Source of the DNA: an uncultured archaeon
GTDB taxonomy: Archaea; Aenigmatarchaeota; Aenigmatarchaeia; QMZS01
NCBI GenBank assembly: GCA_964547015.1
Contig: CAZJKT010000003.1
Coordinates: 1,154 to 65,153, forward strand
Length of the DNA stretch: 64,000 bases
Direction: 5' to 3'
Shown here: one piece after another, positions 1 to 9,827 of the stretch
How the letters are laid out: each line of letters starts with the position of its first letter
Numbering within the stretch: the first letter of the stretch is position 1
Notes under the pieces: generated by a model
The model's input: only the letters and a program-made list of their open reading frames with translations
Told to the model about the DNA's origin: nothing
Database searches by the model: none
Program-made: the position numbers and the translations under genes

Positions 1-37
1 GCAAACAGGAAAACTTGATACTTCTGCTTTTGGAAAG

Positions 38-1045
38 GTGAGCGGGCTATTTTCCCTTGCCCATGCCTCCCCTAATATCGGCCCGGAAACTATAAAGATA
101 GCAACCTGGAATATTCAGAACTTTGGCAAAACAAAGGCTTCAAAGCAGGGAGTTATGGAAATAATAGCCCAAAACCTAAGGGATTATGATATTATTGCGA
201 TACAGGAAATCAGCAACCTGCATGAGATGCAGGACCCCGGCTGCCCGAGAAACGAAAATTCCTGCCCTGATAATATAACCGATGGCGCTAAACATCATGC
301 AAATTGCAACTTGATTGGAGGCGCCCTTGATTACTATCTTAATTCAGCATATAGTGTTAATTATGAATTTATCTTCTCCCCGCATATTAAGGATGAAAGA
401 TATCTGTTTGTATACAATCCGGATAAGGTAGAATTTCTATTCGCAGAAATAATGGATGACCCCAATGATTCTCAGCCTATCTGCGATGCCGCCCAGGAAA
501 ATACTGGCAGAATGCTCAGGCAGCCGTTTAAGGGAAATTTTAGGGCAGGGGAATTTGAGTTTACGCTTCTTACTGCGCACACAAGCCCTTCAAAAAATGC
601 AGAAGAACTGGAAGGGCTTGAGCTTTTTTTTAGGGATGCAGAATCAGAAGGCAACAAAAATATTATACTTTTGGGGGACTTTAATGCAGATTGCTCATAC
701 TTGAGGCCTTCAGACAACATAGCGCTTCGCGGCTCAAGATATATATGGGCCGTGGAGGATAGCGCAGACACAACCGTATCAAATACAGATTGCGCGTATG
801 ATAGGTTTATATTCACAAAAGAGGTTCAGGATTACTACACTGGTCAATGGGGGGTGGTAACCGATATTTCGCTTGATGTAAGCGACCATTACCTTGTCTG
901 GGCTGAGTTTTCTACCTCAAATATAAAAAGCCCCCCTACAGGAAACTTCGGACAGAATGAGGCAAAAGGCCTTTTGGATACAATCTGGGGCCTCCTCAAG
1001 CCCGCCTTTGACCTTATAGGCTCGCTTATTTCAGGAATATTTTAA
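38..1045 (+). CDS. Endonuclease/exonuclease/phosphatase (EEP, DNase I-like) family protein; the reading frame stays open to the window edge, so the true N-terminus (possibly a signal peptide) may lie upstream
   Basis: Motifs IATWNIQNFG, DIIAIQEI, LGDFNAD and SDHYLV match the conserved catalytic blocks of the EEP fold. No stop codon in frame between position 2 and 38. Confidence 0.6.
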   Translation: MSGLFSLAHASPNIGPETIKIATWNIQNFGKTKASKQGVMEIIAQNLRDYDIIAIQEISNLHEMQDPGCPRNENSCPDNITDGAKHHANCNLIGGALDYYLNSAYSVNYEFIFSPHIKDERYLFVYNPDKVEFLFAEIMDDPNDSQPICDAAQENTGRMLRQPFKGNFRAGEFEFTLLTAHTSPSKNAEELEGLELFFRDAESEGNKNIILLGDFNADCSYLRPSDNIALRGSRYIWAVEDSADTTVSNTDCAYDRFIFTKEVQDYYTGQWGVVTDISLDVSDHYLVWAEFSTSNIKSPPTGNFGQNEAKGLLDTIWGLLKPAFDLIGSLISGIF

Positions 1046-1113
1046 GCAGCCCTTTAATTTAAAATTGCTGTTCAGGGCCGCTATCACCGACAGGGATTAC
1101 TCTTACCCTGCGG

Positions 1114-2409
1114 CTATTTTATATTTACCTTAGTCCCGGTAACCTCCTCAACAAGCCGACCTAATGCAAAAATCCCCTCCTCGCAGGAATTTGAGGCTTC
1201 CAGACGGCATTCATCCAGCTCTTCGCTTATATTTTTCTGCCTTTCCTCAAACTCAGATATTTTTGTGTCAATCTCATTAAGGACCAGCACCGTATCCTTT
1301 TCTTTTATTTCCGATATTATCTCTGAAATGCGAATATCAATATCCCTGCCTCTTTTTGCAAGGGAATGCCCGCTCTCCAGCGCTAGGGCGAGGCTTTGCT
1401 TCATCTTGCCCTGCTTTTTTTTGTCAGGCTCGATTTTTTGCAGGCTTTTTTTGGCTCCATTTATTGCAGACTCAAAACCGGAAATATCTGATAGAGCCAA
1501 GAGAGGATCTTTTAGTATTTTTTCAATTTCCGCGGATTCAGCCTTTTTGAGGCCGGTTTGGGTATGCAGGTATTTTTTAAGGATTTTAGATATCCCAAAA
1601 ACTGTATTTGCAAAGTCTGACCTTAAGTCTTTTATTTCCCTTTCAAGCTCCTTTAGCTCGTCTTTGAGCCTTTCAGAATGCAGGTAGTCTTTTGACTTAA
1701 TTAGCCTGTCCTTTTGAGAAACTGCAATGTCGAGCTCTTTTAGGATATTTTTGTATTCTTTGTCAAGCTCACCCATCCTTTCAAGAGCCTTTGCATGAAT
1801 TTCCCTCTTCTCTATAAGGGACTTAGCCGAGTTTTTGGCAACTTCAATTTTTTTTACAGCCTCATAATCCCTGTCAAGAAACTCCCCAAATTCCTCAATA
1901 TTTTTGGAAAGCTCTTTTAAGGACAAAGAAATCTGCCTCATCTCATCCTTAAAGGCGGTAAGAAGAATCTGGGCCTGAACCGAAAGGCTGTTTAGCCTGT
2001 TGAAGGTATCGGTCAGCCTCTCATGAAGCTTTTCCGGGTCTTTTTCAAGCCTAAGGTGCACCAGCATATCTCCCAATAGTTTTTTGGATGATTGGGTGTA
2101 GTTTGAGCGGCTGGTCTTTATAATATCTGTAATGTCGCGCTTGTTCTCAAGAATTATGGGCTGGATTTCGCGCTCATCAATAAAGTCAAAACGGTCAATA
2201 AGCCTGTTAAAAAGGGCAATAAATCGTTTCCTTTGCGCCTCAAGCCCGCTATTGAACCCCTCAACCTGCAGGAGAGTCCTTTCGGACAGGTAGGCCTCAA
2301 CATCCTCAAGAGGAATCTTTTTTTGGGGGCAAAACTCCCGGCTTTTTTTAGGGGTCTCGGGCGCAGGCTTATTTTTGCCGCCCCCAAACAATTTTTTTAG
2401 AAAAGACAT
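1114..2409 (-). CDS. Long coiled-coil protein, K/E-rich, function unknown
   Basis: 431 aa with strongly heptad-like E/K/L-rich composition and no recognisable enzymatic motif. Confidence 0.4.
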   Translation of the reverse strand: MSFLKKLFGGGKNKPAPETPKKSREFCPQKKIPLEDVEAYLSERTLLQVEGFNSGLEAQRKRFIALFNRLIDRFDFIDEREIQPIILENKRDITDIIKTSRSNYTQSSKKLLGDMLVHLRLEKDPEKLHERLTDTFNRLNSLSVQAQILLTAFKDEMRQISLSLKELSKNIEEFGEFLDRDYEAVKKIEVAKNSAKSLIEKREIHAKALERMGELDKEYKNILKELDIAVSQKDRLIKSKDYLHSERLKDELKELEREIKDLRSDFANTVFGISKILKKYLHTQTGLKKAESAEIEKILKDPLLALSDISGFESAINGAKKSLQKIEPDKKKQGKMKQSLALALESGHSLAKRGRDIDIRISEIISEIKEKDTVLVLNEIDTKISEFEERQKNISEELDECRLEASNSCEEGIFALGRLVEEVTGTKVNIK

Positions 2410-2424
2410 AACTTATATGCAAAA

Positions 2425-2450
2425 AAACGCACTTATTTATTTTAATCTCC
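2425..2450 (+). promoter_or_regulatory. Candidate archaeal BRE/TATA promoter for the L21e-rpoF-DUF655 cluster
   Basis: An A/T-rich box (ttatttatttta) lies about 15-30 nt upstream of the L21e ATG, consistent with a short or leaderless transcript. Confidence 0.3.
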
Positions 2451-2457
2451 AAAGATT

Positions 2458-2748
2458 ATGGCGCGAAAAGGTCACGGTAAAATCAGCAAGTCAAGGAATA
2501 AGCTGATTCGGAGGTTTAGAAAAGAAGGCATTACAAAATACTTAAAAGAGCTTGAAATAGGCCAAAAAGCGGTTATTGACCTTGATTCCTCATCGCAAAA
2601 CTACCCTCACCCAAGGCACCAGGGCCTTATAGGAGAGGTTATAGAGAAAAGAGGGCGGGCCTTTGTGCTCAAAGTCAGAACAGGGGGCATGTATAAAAAG
2701 ATAATTGCCACCCCGGAACACATAAAATCGCTTCCCGAGCAGAAATAG
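2458..2748 (+). CDS. rpl21e: 50S ribosomal protein L21e
   Basis: Sequence MARKGHGKISKSRNKL...YPHPRHQGLIGEVIEKRGRAFVLKV...IIATPEHIK matches the L21e family signature (PHPRFHG...GRAY.V.V). Conserved synteny with rpoF and DUF655 downstream. Confidence 0.85.
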   Translation: MARKGHGKISKSRNKLIRRFRKEGITKYLKELEIGQKAVIDLDSSSQNYPHPRHQGLIGEVIEKRGRAFVLKVRTGGMYKKIIATPEHIKSLPEQK

Positions 2749-2864
2749 CTTCTTTATGCCTTATCCGCAGGCTGGATTCTTGCTGTTTTAAGCTTAATTT
2801 TGAGGTAAAATCAGGCAATTAATTCCGGACACGGCAAAAAGGCTCTAATTTAAATTTACCTACT

Positions 2865-3191
2865 ATGATTATGAAAATAAGCAGCAAAGCGGGAATTACC
2901 GATGCCGAAGCCTTAAGGATACTTTCAGACAAGATGAAAAAAAGAGAGCTTACCTTTGAGCAGCAGGCGGCGTATGACTTTCTAAAAAATGTAACTAAGA
3001 TTGACGAGGAGGATGCAAAAAAGCTTCTTGAAGAGCTTGCCCCACTCAACCTTGAGGACGGGCAGAAAATAAATATAATAAATGCGCTTCCTTCAGATGA
3101 AGCAACGCTAAAAGCAATTCTTAAGGATGAAAAGGAAATAAAAAAGGAAGACCTCACAAAAATCCTTGATATTGTAAGGAAGTACCTCTAA
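2865..3191 (+). CDS. rpoF: DNA-directed RNA polymerase subunit F (Rpo4/RpoF, Rpb4 homolog)
   Basis: Blocks EQ.A.D.L..F.K.D.E.AKKL.EEL..L, LP.D...L.AI and IL.IVRKY align well with the M. jannaschii RpoF I recall. The L21e-RpoF-DUF655 gene order is a conserved archaeal arrangement. Confidence 0.8.
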   Translation: MIMKISSKAGITDAEALRILSDKMKKRELTFEQQAAYDFLKNVTKIDEEDAKKLLEELAPLNLEDGQKINIINALPSDEATLKAILKDEKEIKKEDLTKILDIVRKYL

Positions 3192-3280
3192 TTCGCCAAA
3201 ATTCTCCGTTTCAGGAGGCAGAGGCTTTACTCTGATTAGGGATATATATAAAATCAGGCTAATTATTAAATGAGGCTATT

Positions 3281-3817
3281 ATGAGAGAGAGAAAAATACT
3301 TGTGCTGGACTACCTTCCAAACGGCTACCCCGGAATGAAAAAAATTGAGCCAATTATACAGGGCATCGGCCTTAACCATTTTGCCCTCCTTGAGCTTGTA
3401 TCCGGGGTAAAGGTATCGCCTGGAGATGAGGTTTTGCTTTCCGATGAGGAAACGGTCAAGGGCATAAGGCGAAAGCTTCAGGAAAAAGACCTTACAAACT
3501 TCGCAAAAAGCCACCTTGAAGACAGGCTTGCCGAGATTATAAAAAAAAGGGAACCTGAGTTTGTTAGCTTTTTTAATAGGGCGACAAGGCTTTCAATTCG
3601 GACTCACCAGCTTGAGCTTCTGCCCGGAATAGGAAAAAAGCACATTCAGGTAATCTTAAAAGAGCGAAAAAACCCTTTCACTTCATTTGAGGATATAAAA
3701 AAGCGGGTCGGCATGACTGTTGAGATAGAGAGGCTTATTGCAAAGCGGATTGTGCTTGAGCTTAGGGGGGAGGAGAAAAACAACCTGTTTATTGCGCAAA
3801 AGCCGAAAATACTCTAA
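3281..3817 (+). CDS. DUF655-family protein with helix-hairpin-helix nucleic-acid-binding motif
   Basis: LLPGIGKKHIQVILKERKN...FTSFEDIKKRVG is a typical HhH motif. The gene sits in the conserved position after rpl21e-rpoF. Confidence 0.75.
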   Translation: MRERKILVLDYLPNGYPGMKKIEPIIQGIGLNHFALLELVSGVKVSPGDEVLLSDEETVKGIRRKLQEKDLTNFAKSHLEDRLAEIIKKREPEFVSFFNRATRLSIRTHQLELLPGIGKKHIQVILKERKNPFTSFEDIKKRVGMTVEIERLIAKRIVLELRGEEKNNLFIAQKPKIL

Positions 3818-3902
3818 AGTCAAATACTATCCCTAGAGTCCCCATGTAATATATTTTATAAAAACGAAGAGTATTTATATAAGTATATACTATTATAGTT
3901 AG

Positions 3903-4337
3903 GTGGTTAATGTGGAATGCTATGTTGAAGAAATGAAGTTGGGCGAATTAAAAGACCTTGCTTACAATACGGCAGGTTGTGTGAAAGGGTATGCTAAAAA
4001 TATATATCCTCAAGCTAACCGTGCTATGGACAATGTGCTTGCCTATGGAGCGAGACATCCGATAATTCCTGTAACATTATTAGTGGCACCTTTATTTGTA
4101 GGTGGGGTTGGAGCTGAGGTGAATTTACAGGCAACACCCGGCGAGCCCAGCAGTATAATCATTGTAAATGATACCATTGCAACGGAGGCATTAAGGCATA
4201 GAGAAGAGGCAATAGAAGCATTGGAGCTTTTTTTGGCTGAGGATTTTGGTCCGGGACATGCTGGAAAATACTGTGCTATAGGGATGTATATATTTGGTGG
4301 TGCTTATCTTTTGCATAAAGGTATAATAAGACATTAG
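3903..4337 (+). CDS. Hypothetical protein
   Basis: 144-aa ORF preceded by a strongly AT-rich candidate promoter (3830-3900). No recognisable motif. Confidence 0.3.
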   Translation: MVNVECYVEEMKLGELKDLAYNTAGCVKGYAKNIYPQANRAMDNVLAYGARHPIIPVTLLVAPLFVGGVGAEVNLQATPGEPSSIIIVNDTIATEALRHREEAIEALELFLAEDFGPGHAGKYCAIGMYIFGGAYLLHKGIIRH

Positions 4338-4359
4338 AAATTCTCTGATTGATTGCTAT

Positions 4360-5967
4360 CTACTTCCCGACACCCGCGCCCCCTACGAGATATCCCACAA
4401 GCACCGCATAAAAGTCGCCGCCTACTGTCGCAAGGTAGGGTGTTGCAATACGGTCCGCAAAGTTATGCTCATAGTTTCCCCTCACTCTGGAGAGGGCAAA
4501 GCCAAACTCAAAGAGGTTATCTATGAGGGCCCATTTTTTATTGAGGGAGGAGCTTATGTTTGCAAGAGCCATACCTCCCTTTTTGCCTTCCACCTCCTTC
4601 TTTTCTTCCTTCCACTTAGCAATAAGGTCTTCTATGTGCTTTTTTGCGGATATGCCGCCCGATGAGCTAATCCCAAGAATCTGATCCACATAGTCCTCAA
4701 ACTCTTTTTGGAGGGCCTTTAGGTGCAAGAGCAGGACGAGGAGTGCATTTTGGCTGTAAAACCACATCTTAAGGGAGTAAGTTACATCCTCCATTTCCGT
4801 GCCGTCAGGAAGCTTGATTACAACGCGGTTATGCTTGGTCCTCATAAGCACATAGTACATTCCGTCAGGCTTAAGCCAACCGCCATCATCGCAGATTTCA
4901 TTAACTTTTTCCTGCACCCAGGCCTCATCAATCCAGGGGTGTATCTTTTTGAGGCCGTCTTTTTCGTCAAAAATAAGTTTTTTCTTTATAAAATCATCAT
5001 AGGGGTCTGTTGAGAACTTTGTGTTTTTCCTCTTCTTATCCTGATTTTTCCCAAATTCCATGCTCCCTGTGCGGCCTACAATCCCCACCATCCCCTGCCA
5101 TGACCACAGTTCAGTGTCGTTTGATGAGACTGCCTGACCCATGGAGTGAAAAGCGGAAGAATATCTTGACATCCGCGCCCCGGGGGAGGACAGGGTGTCT
5201 TCAAAAAGCTTAAACTTTGCAATAGTTGGCTTTAGCCAGTTTCGGTACTCATCTATGCTTTTTTCCCTTGCGTTTATGAGGCTCTGCAAATTTTCGCACC
5301 GCTTCTCAACTTCTGCCCCAAAAAGATCGTTTTTCCAGTTCAAGTAAAGCCTCTGCTTTGTTGAAAGGACTACTGCCTCCGCTCCGGATACTTTCAAGCT
5401 GTCTCTGATTTTGTCAACCTTTACTTCTGACTTTGTGTCATCGCGGTCCCCTAATTTGATAAAGTCAGAAATCATTGTCGGCCACCTCACGACCATCTGC
5501 TTAATTGAATTTGCCCCGGTCGAAATATCCACCTCATCAATAAATATTGCTCTTAGGGAATGCTCATCATCAGTCTTAATCATCTTCAAAAATTCCTTAT
5601 ATTTGCGGAAATCATGGTTAAGAAGCTCAAAATCCGCAATTGCCTGAGACACCGAACCCATTCCCTGCTTTATTTTTCCTTCCAATTCATCCTTTTGCCT
5701 TTGGGTGAGGTTGTAATATCCCTGGTCCACAGGGGAAACATCAATTGTTTCATAGACTTTTTGCACTTCGTAGCCTTTGTTTCCTAAAAAGCTTGGGTAT
5801 CCCATGAATAAATTTGTCCCCTGGCCTTTTGGGAGGGTGAAATTAAATTCTTCATCCTGGCCTAAAGGGGCTACAGCAATTAAATGCCCTATATGTTTCA
5901 TACCCACACCACCTAAGTCTTCCAGCAGCTTAAATAAACTGTCGGTGTCGGATTGGGTTGCGGCCAT
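4360..5967 (-). CDS. Large hypothetical protein (535 aa) with a glycine-rich hydrophobic C-terminus
   Basis: Long ORF with no internal stops and good coding composition. I recognise no family motif. Co-directional with the upstream small membrane protein 6003-6353. Confidence 0.45.
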   Translation of the reverse strand: MAATQSDTDSLFKLLEDLGGVGMKHIGHLIAVAPLGQDEEFNFTLPKGQGTNLFMGYPSFLGNKGYEVQKVYETIDVSPVDQGYYNLTQRQKDELEGKIKQGMGSVSQAIADFELLNHDFRKYKEFLKMIKTDDEHSLRAIFIDEVDISTGANSIKQMVVRWPTMISDFIKLGDRDDTKSEVKVDKIRDSLKVSGAEAVVLSTKQRLYLNWKNDLFGAEVEKRCENLQSLINAREKSIDEYRNWLKPTIAKFKLFEDTLSSPGARMSRYSSAFHSMGQAVSSNDTELWSWQGMVGIVGRTGSMEFGKNQDKKRKNTKFSTDPYDDFIKKKLIFDEKDGLKKIHPWIDEAWVQEKVNEICDDGGWLKPDGMYYVLMRTKHNRVVIKLPDGTEMEDVTYSLKMWFYSQNALLVLLLHLKALQKEFEDYVDQILGISSSGGISAKKHIEDLIAKWKEEKKEVEGKKGGMALANISSSLNKKWALIDNLFEFGFALSRVRGNYEHNFADRIATPYLATVGGDFYAVLVGYLVGGAGVGK

Positions 5968-6002
5968 AAGTATAGTAGTTTAGCCTAAAATAAAACAAGG
6001 GC

Positions 6003-6353
6003 TTAAAATAAAAGCCAGTAAAGTCCAAGGAAGGTGGAAAAAAGCCCCAAAAAAGCCCCAAGAAGGGTAAATCCTTTAGGCTGCCAGTCACTGCCCGCAG
6101 GAAACTTCGTAACCATGAAAATTCCAAATAAGAACAGGAAAAGCCCCAAGAGCTTTTTAATGATAGTTGCCCATCCGATAAAATGGACCAGAAGCCATAG
6201 TGAAAGGGCAATTACTGCAAACGCAAAAATCATGAGGCCCCAAGCATGCTGGTCGCCCTTGGTTTTGTGCGAAGGGTAGCCCTGCCCGAAAAATATTTTT
6301 AGCAGGACGAAAAACGCAACTGCGAGGAGAAGCGCAAAAAGGATTTCAATCAT
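6003..6353 (-). CDS. Small polytopic membrane protein
   Basis: 116 aa with about four hydrophobic helices. Confidence 0.35.
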   Translation of the reverse strand: MIEILFALLLAVAFFVLLKIFFGQGYPSHKTKGDQHAWGLMIFAFAVIALSLWLLVHFIGWATIIKKLLGLFLFLFGIFMVTKFPAGSDWQPKGFTLLGAFLGLFSTFLGLYWLLF

Positions 6354-6457
6354 AATTAAATAACTTTAGGGATAATATATCTGCATACCTGAGCAAAGCG
6401 CATAGGGTTACAAGCAGGGATATTGTGGCGGAGAGGAAATACTATAGGCTGGGCGAA

Positions 6458-7984
6458 TTAAACCCCTTTCAGCCTCTCAATAACCCTTTCTTTGCCCAGA
6501 AGCTTGACCAAAATGCCAAACCTCGGACCCCTTTCTTTATCTATTAGGATTTTGTACAAGAGCCCAAAAATCTCTTTTGGAGGAAATCCTGAGGATTTTA
6601 TCAAGCTATAGGTTTCATTCAAAATTTCTTCCTCGTCCTCAAGCCCGGAAATCTTCTCGGCGATTGACATCAAAAGCGGGCGGTATTCCTCGTCGATTTC
6701 AGCCGGCGCCTCGTTAAACGAGATTTTGACTTCATCGGGAGCATATTTTTCAAGCCACATTTTCACTTTTTCAACCCTCAACTTGGCAAGCTCAAAGTCC
6801 GTTTCGTTTGGATACCCGCTCTTCTTATCTAAAAGTTCCTTAATTTTGCCTTCAAGCTTCTCCGGGGCGACAGTTTGGATAACGGAAACCAACTCCGAAA
6901 AAGGCAGCCTTACCGGGCACTTTTCAAAAGGTGTAATTCTGCTAAGTTCGTACCGCCGAATTGTTTCCTCATCAGCCTTTGCCTCCCCGTAAAACGCTTT
7001 CTCAGCGGCGTCAAAGCTGTCATAAATTCCGTAAATGTCCGTGTCGAAGGGCACGAAAATCGCCTTTTTGAGGCGCTGGGTGTACATAAACCTAATGGCT
7101 TCCGGCTCGAAAATCTCGAGAAGGTCGCTTATTGTGGCGATGTTTCCTTTGGATGAGGACATCTTCTCGGTCTGGCCTTTCAAGTAGATAAACTCATACA
7201 TCGGCCCAACGGGCGGCTCGTAGCAGAAAATCTCCTTAGAAACAATAACCGAAGTATCCCATGAGCCGCCGCTTGCCTTGTGGTCTTTTCCTGAGCTCTC
7301 AAAATCCACCCCAAAAAAAGCCCACCTGCTCGGCCAGTCAACCCTCCACTTTAATTTTACAATACCTGTCTTTCTAAAGTCGATTTTGTTTGAAAAGCCG
7401 CAGTCGCAGGAATATTCTATTTCATAACCGCCAAGGTATTTTGTGTAGGTAGAGTCCCTTTTGCATTTCTCGCAGTATAATTCAATCGGGAGCCAATCCT
7501 CAGCCAAATCCTCCTTTCGCCGCCTGTTTAGGATTTCCTTGATTAGCTCGGTTTTTTCAAGTGCGAGCTTCACGTTTTCCGCAAAAGTGCATTTCTCGTA
7601 AAGCTCGGTCGCCGAAAGATACTCCATCTCAATGCCTAAAATCTTCATTTCCGCCTCCATTTTCGCCTTGAAGTGGTTGGCATATGAGCTGTGGCAACCG
7701 AATGGGTCGGGAACCTTTGAGACGGGCTTACCTATGTGCTCCTCAAAGCTTTTGTCCACTCCTTTTGGCACCTTTCGGAACCTGTCAAAATCATCCCATA
7801 TATACTGGAAGCGAGACTTTTTGCCGAGCTTTTGGAGGGAGAGGTGGACGAAAAGCTGGGTCATGACTTCCCTTGCGTTCCCTATGTGGACGACGCCTGA
7901 AGGGGTTATCCCGCTCTCTACAACAAATTCATCCTTCTTTCGGGTTTTAGCGATTTCCTTCGCAAAATTGTCCGCCCAGTGCAT
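6458..7984 (-). CDS. lysK: Lysyl-tRNA synthetase, class I (archaeal type)
   Basis: HIGH-region variant HIGNAREV near the N-terminus and KMSSSKG (KMSKS motif). Overall length and arrangement fit class I LysRS. Confidence 0.9.
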   Translation of the reverse strand: MHWADNFAKEIAKTRKKDEFVVESGITPSGVVHIGNAREVMTQLFVHLSLQKLGKKSRFQYIWDDFDRFRKVPKGVDKSFEEHIGKPVSKVPDPFGCHSSYANHFKAKMEAEMKILGIEMEYLSATELYEKCTFAENVKLALEKTELIKEILNRRRKEDLAEDWLPIELYCEKCKRDSTYTKYLGGYEIEYSCDCGFSNKIDFRKTGIVKLKWRVDWPSRWAFFGVDFESSGKDHKASGGSWDTSVIVSKEIFCYEPPVGPMYEFIYLKGQTEKMSSSKGNIATISDLLEIFEPEAIRFMYTQRLKKAIFVPFDTDIYGIYDSFDAAEKAFYGEAKADEETIRRYELSRITPFEKCPVRLPFSELVSVIQTVAPEKLEGKIKELLDKKSGYPNETDFELAKLRVEKVKMWLEKYAPDEVKISFNEAPAEIDEEYRPLLMSIAEKISGLEDEEEILNETYSLIKSSGFPPKEIFGLLYKILIDKERGPRFGILVKLLGKERVIERLKGV

Positions 7985-8028
7985 AATTTTAATGGAAATT
8001 TATGTAAAGGTATTTATATTCTTAATAG

Positions 8029-8559
8029 TTGATTATGGTGTTTCAACCAAAAGAATTCTTAGTGACAGCAAGCATAGCAGTAGTTCTGGCAATTTTCATA
8101 TTTCTGGGAACTTCCATTTTGCACGAGAAGCAATATCCCGCCTCTGGCTGCACCTGGCTTGATATATACGCCGTCCAAAACTCACAGACTCCCGAAGAGT
8201 GTAATCTGGCAGGAGGAGTTTGGATAGATAACCCCAGCAGAGGGTACTGCAGCGAAGATGATCTATGCGTAAGGCTTCAGCAACTTGAAGCAGAAGATTA
8301 CCAAAAGACAACCCGGCTTTTCCAGATAATCTTTGGGATTATCGCAATAGTAATCGCCAAGGCATTCGTGACCCCAACAACCCCCAAAAAAGGCATAATG
8401 TGGGGCGGAATATTGGCAATAGCAATTGCAATAGCAAACTTCGGGGCATTATTCCTGCTTCCTCTATTTATGTCCGGAACCCTCCTGATTGCCTTAATTT
8501 GGGGAGGGTACAGTCTAGATAAGGAGAAAAAGCCAAAAAGCCGCTGGAAAAAGAAATAA
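8029..8559 (+). CDS. Membrane protein, hypothetical
   Basis: An N-terminal helix, a Cys-containing extracytoplasmic segment, then two to three C-terminal helices and a basic tail. Confidence 0.4.
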   Translation: MIMVFQPKEFLVTASIAVVLAIFIFLGTSILHEKQYPASGCTWLDIYAVQNSQTPEECNLAGGVWIDNPSRGYCSEDDLCVRLQQLEAEDYQKTTRLFQIIFGIIAIVIAKAFVTPTTPKKGIMWGGILAIAIAIANFGALFLLPLFMSGTLLIALIWGGYSLDKEKKPKSRWKKK

Positions 8560-8604
8560 CCCGCAAAAGACATTCTATTTTAATTTTTTACAGTATAGTA
8601 GTTT

Positions 8605-8961
8605 ATGGAAGTGCAATCTAGTGTTAGTGGTATCCTGGTAACATACAGTCTTATCCGAAATCATGAGGAATATGATACCCATATATTATACCATGTGGAT
8701 TTGCTAATAGGGGCTGAAGATAAATTAGTGACCTATGCGCAAAACCTCGCAAGAGCAAGAGGCGACACAATGGAAATTCAGCTGAAGAAAGAAACCATTG
8801 TCCCTAAAGGCAGGGGCACGATTTGTTCAAACATGCCCTCAGAACAGGCAATTGTTATGAGTGTCAAGGGCGAACTTGAAAGATCCCTGGATTACCTCTG
8901 GGAAGCCGCAGGAATACTATATGGGTTGCCTATCGAGGTCCACCGAGTTGACGCTAAATAA
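8605..8961 (+). CDS. Hypothetical protein
   Basis: 118-aa ORF with no recognised motif. Confidence 0.3.
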   Translation: MEVQSSVSGILVTYSLIRNHEEYDTHILYHVDLLIGAEDKLVTYAQNLARARGDTMEIQLKKETIVPKGRGTICSNMPSEQAIVMSVKGELERSLDYLWEAAGILYGLPIEVHRVDAK

Positions 8962-8975
8962 GCCTTCCTTAAATT

Positions 8976-9422
8976 ATGGCACAAAATCCAAGGGTTGGCG
9001 TAGGTGTGCTGATTCTAAAGGGTGGAAAGGTTCTTTTGGGGCGACGACACGAGGATCCAAAGAAAGCCGACAGCGAGCTTCACGGGGAAGGCACGTGGAC
9101 CTTGCCTGGCGGAAAAGTCGAATTTGGCGAAAAACTGGCAGAAACCTGCGTTCGGGAGGTTTTTGAGGAAACAGGGCTTAAGATTACTGAAAACGCCCTT
9201 GAATTGATTAATGTGTCCGACGATATCCTTCCGGATGCCCATTTTGTGACGGCAGGGTTTCTTTGTAGGGATTTTGAGGGCGAGCCAAAAGTTCTTGAGC
9301 CGGACGAAATCACGGAATGGAAGTGGTTTTCGATTGAGCGGCTTCCAAAGCCACTTTTTGGCCCAAGCAGAAAGCTCCTTGAGGCGTTTATCTCAAGAAG
9401 GGACAAATCAGAGCTCGTGTGA
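8976..9422 (+). CDS. NUDIX hydrolase
   Basis: Nudix box GGKVEFGEKLAETCVREVFEETGL (GX5EX7REUXEEXGU). Confidence 0.8.
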   Translation: MAQNPRVGVGVLILKGGKVLLGRRHEDPKKADSELHGEGTWTLPGGKVEFGEKLAETCVREVFEETGLKITENALELINVSDDILPDAHFVTAGFLCRDFEGEPKVLEPDEITEWKWFSIERLPKPLFGPSRKLLEAFISRRDKSELV

Positions 9423-9455
9423 AGTATATATAATACTCACAACAAGTAGTAATTT

Positions 9456-9806
9456 ATGGCAGGGAGAAATAGTCCTCCGGTGGTAAATTTTAAAGAGGAA
9501 TCTGACGAGTTTGTAGACCCTTGGGGCATTCAAACCTATCTGGGTGTTACCTACCGCATCCGCTGTTCCTCAGAAGATTTGCCCTGTAGGGAAGTAGTTG
9601 GCACCTGCCTGGAGGTAAATTCTAAGACCTACCGAGAAGCATATGGATTGGCTTCAGACGCATATGACGTCGCCCTGAAAATGAGGGAAGAGATCCGGTT
9701 TGACATAAGGGCGTATGCAGCTAAGGAAACCAGAAAGAAGCTCTCCCCCGACCAGGTGGGTTTGGAACAATTCACTCCCCATACAGAAGGACAAGTTGCC
9801 CATTAA
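9456..9806 (+). CDS. Hypothetical protein
   Basis: 116-aa ORF with no recognised motif. Confidence 0.3.
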   Translation: MAGRNSPPVVNFKEESDEFVDPWGIQTYLGVTYRIRCSSEDLPCREVVGTCLEVNSKTYREAYGLASDAYDVALKMREEIRFDIRAYAAKETRKKLSPDQVGLEQFTPHTEGQVAH

Positions 9807-9827
9807 AATTAAGCGGTGTTCTATTAT

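Noticed and set aside
456-816. ORFs 456-704 (+) and 472-816 (-) lying inside the EEP nuclease gene
   Set aside because: They are fully embedded in, or antisense to, a well-supported longer CDS, and have no motif of their own.
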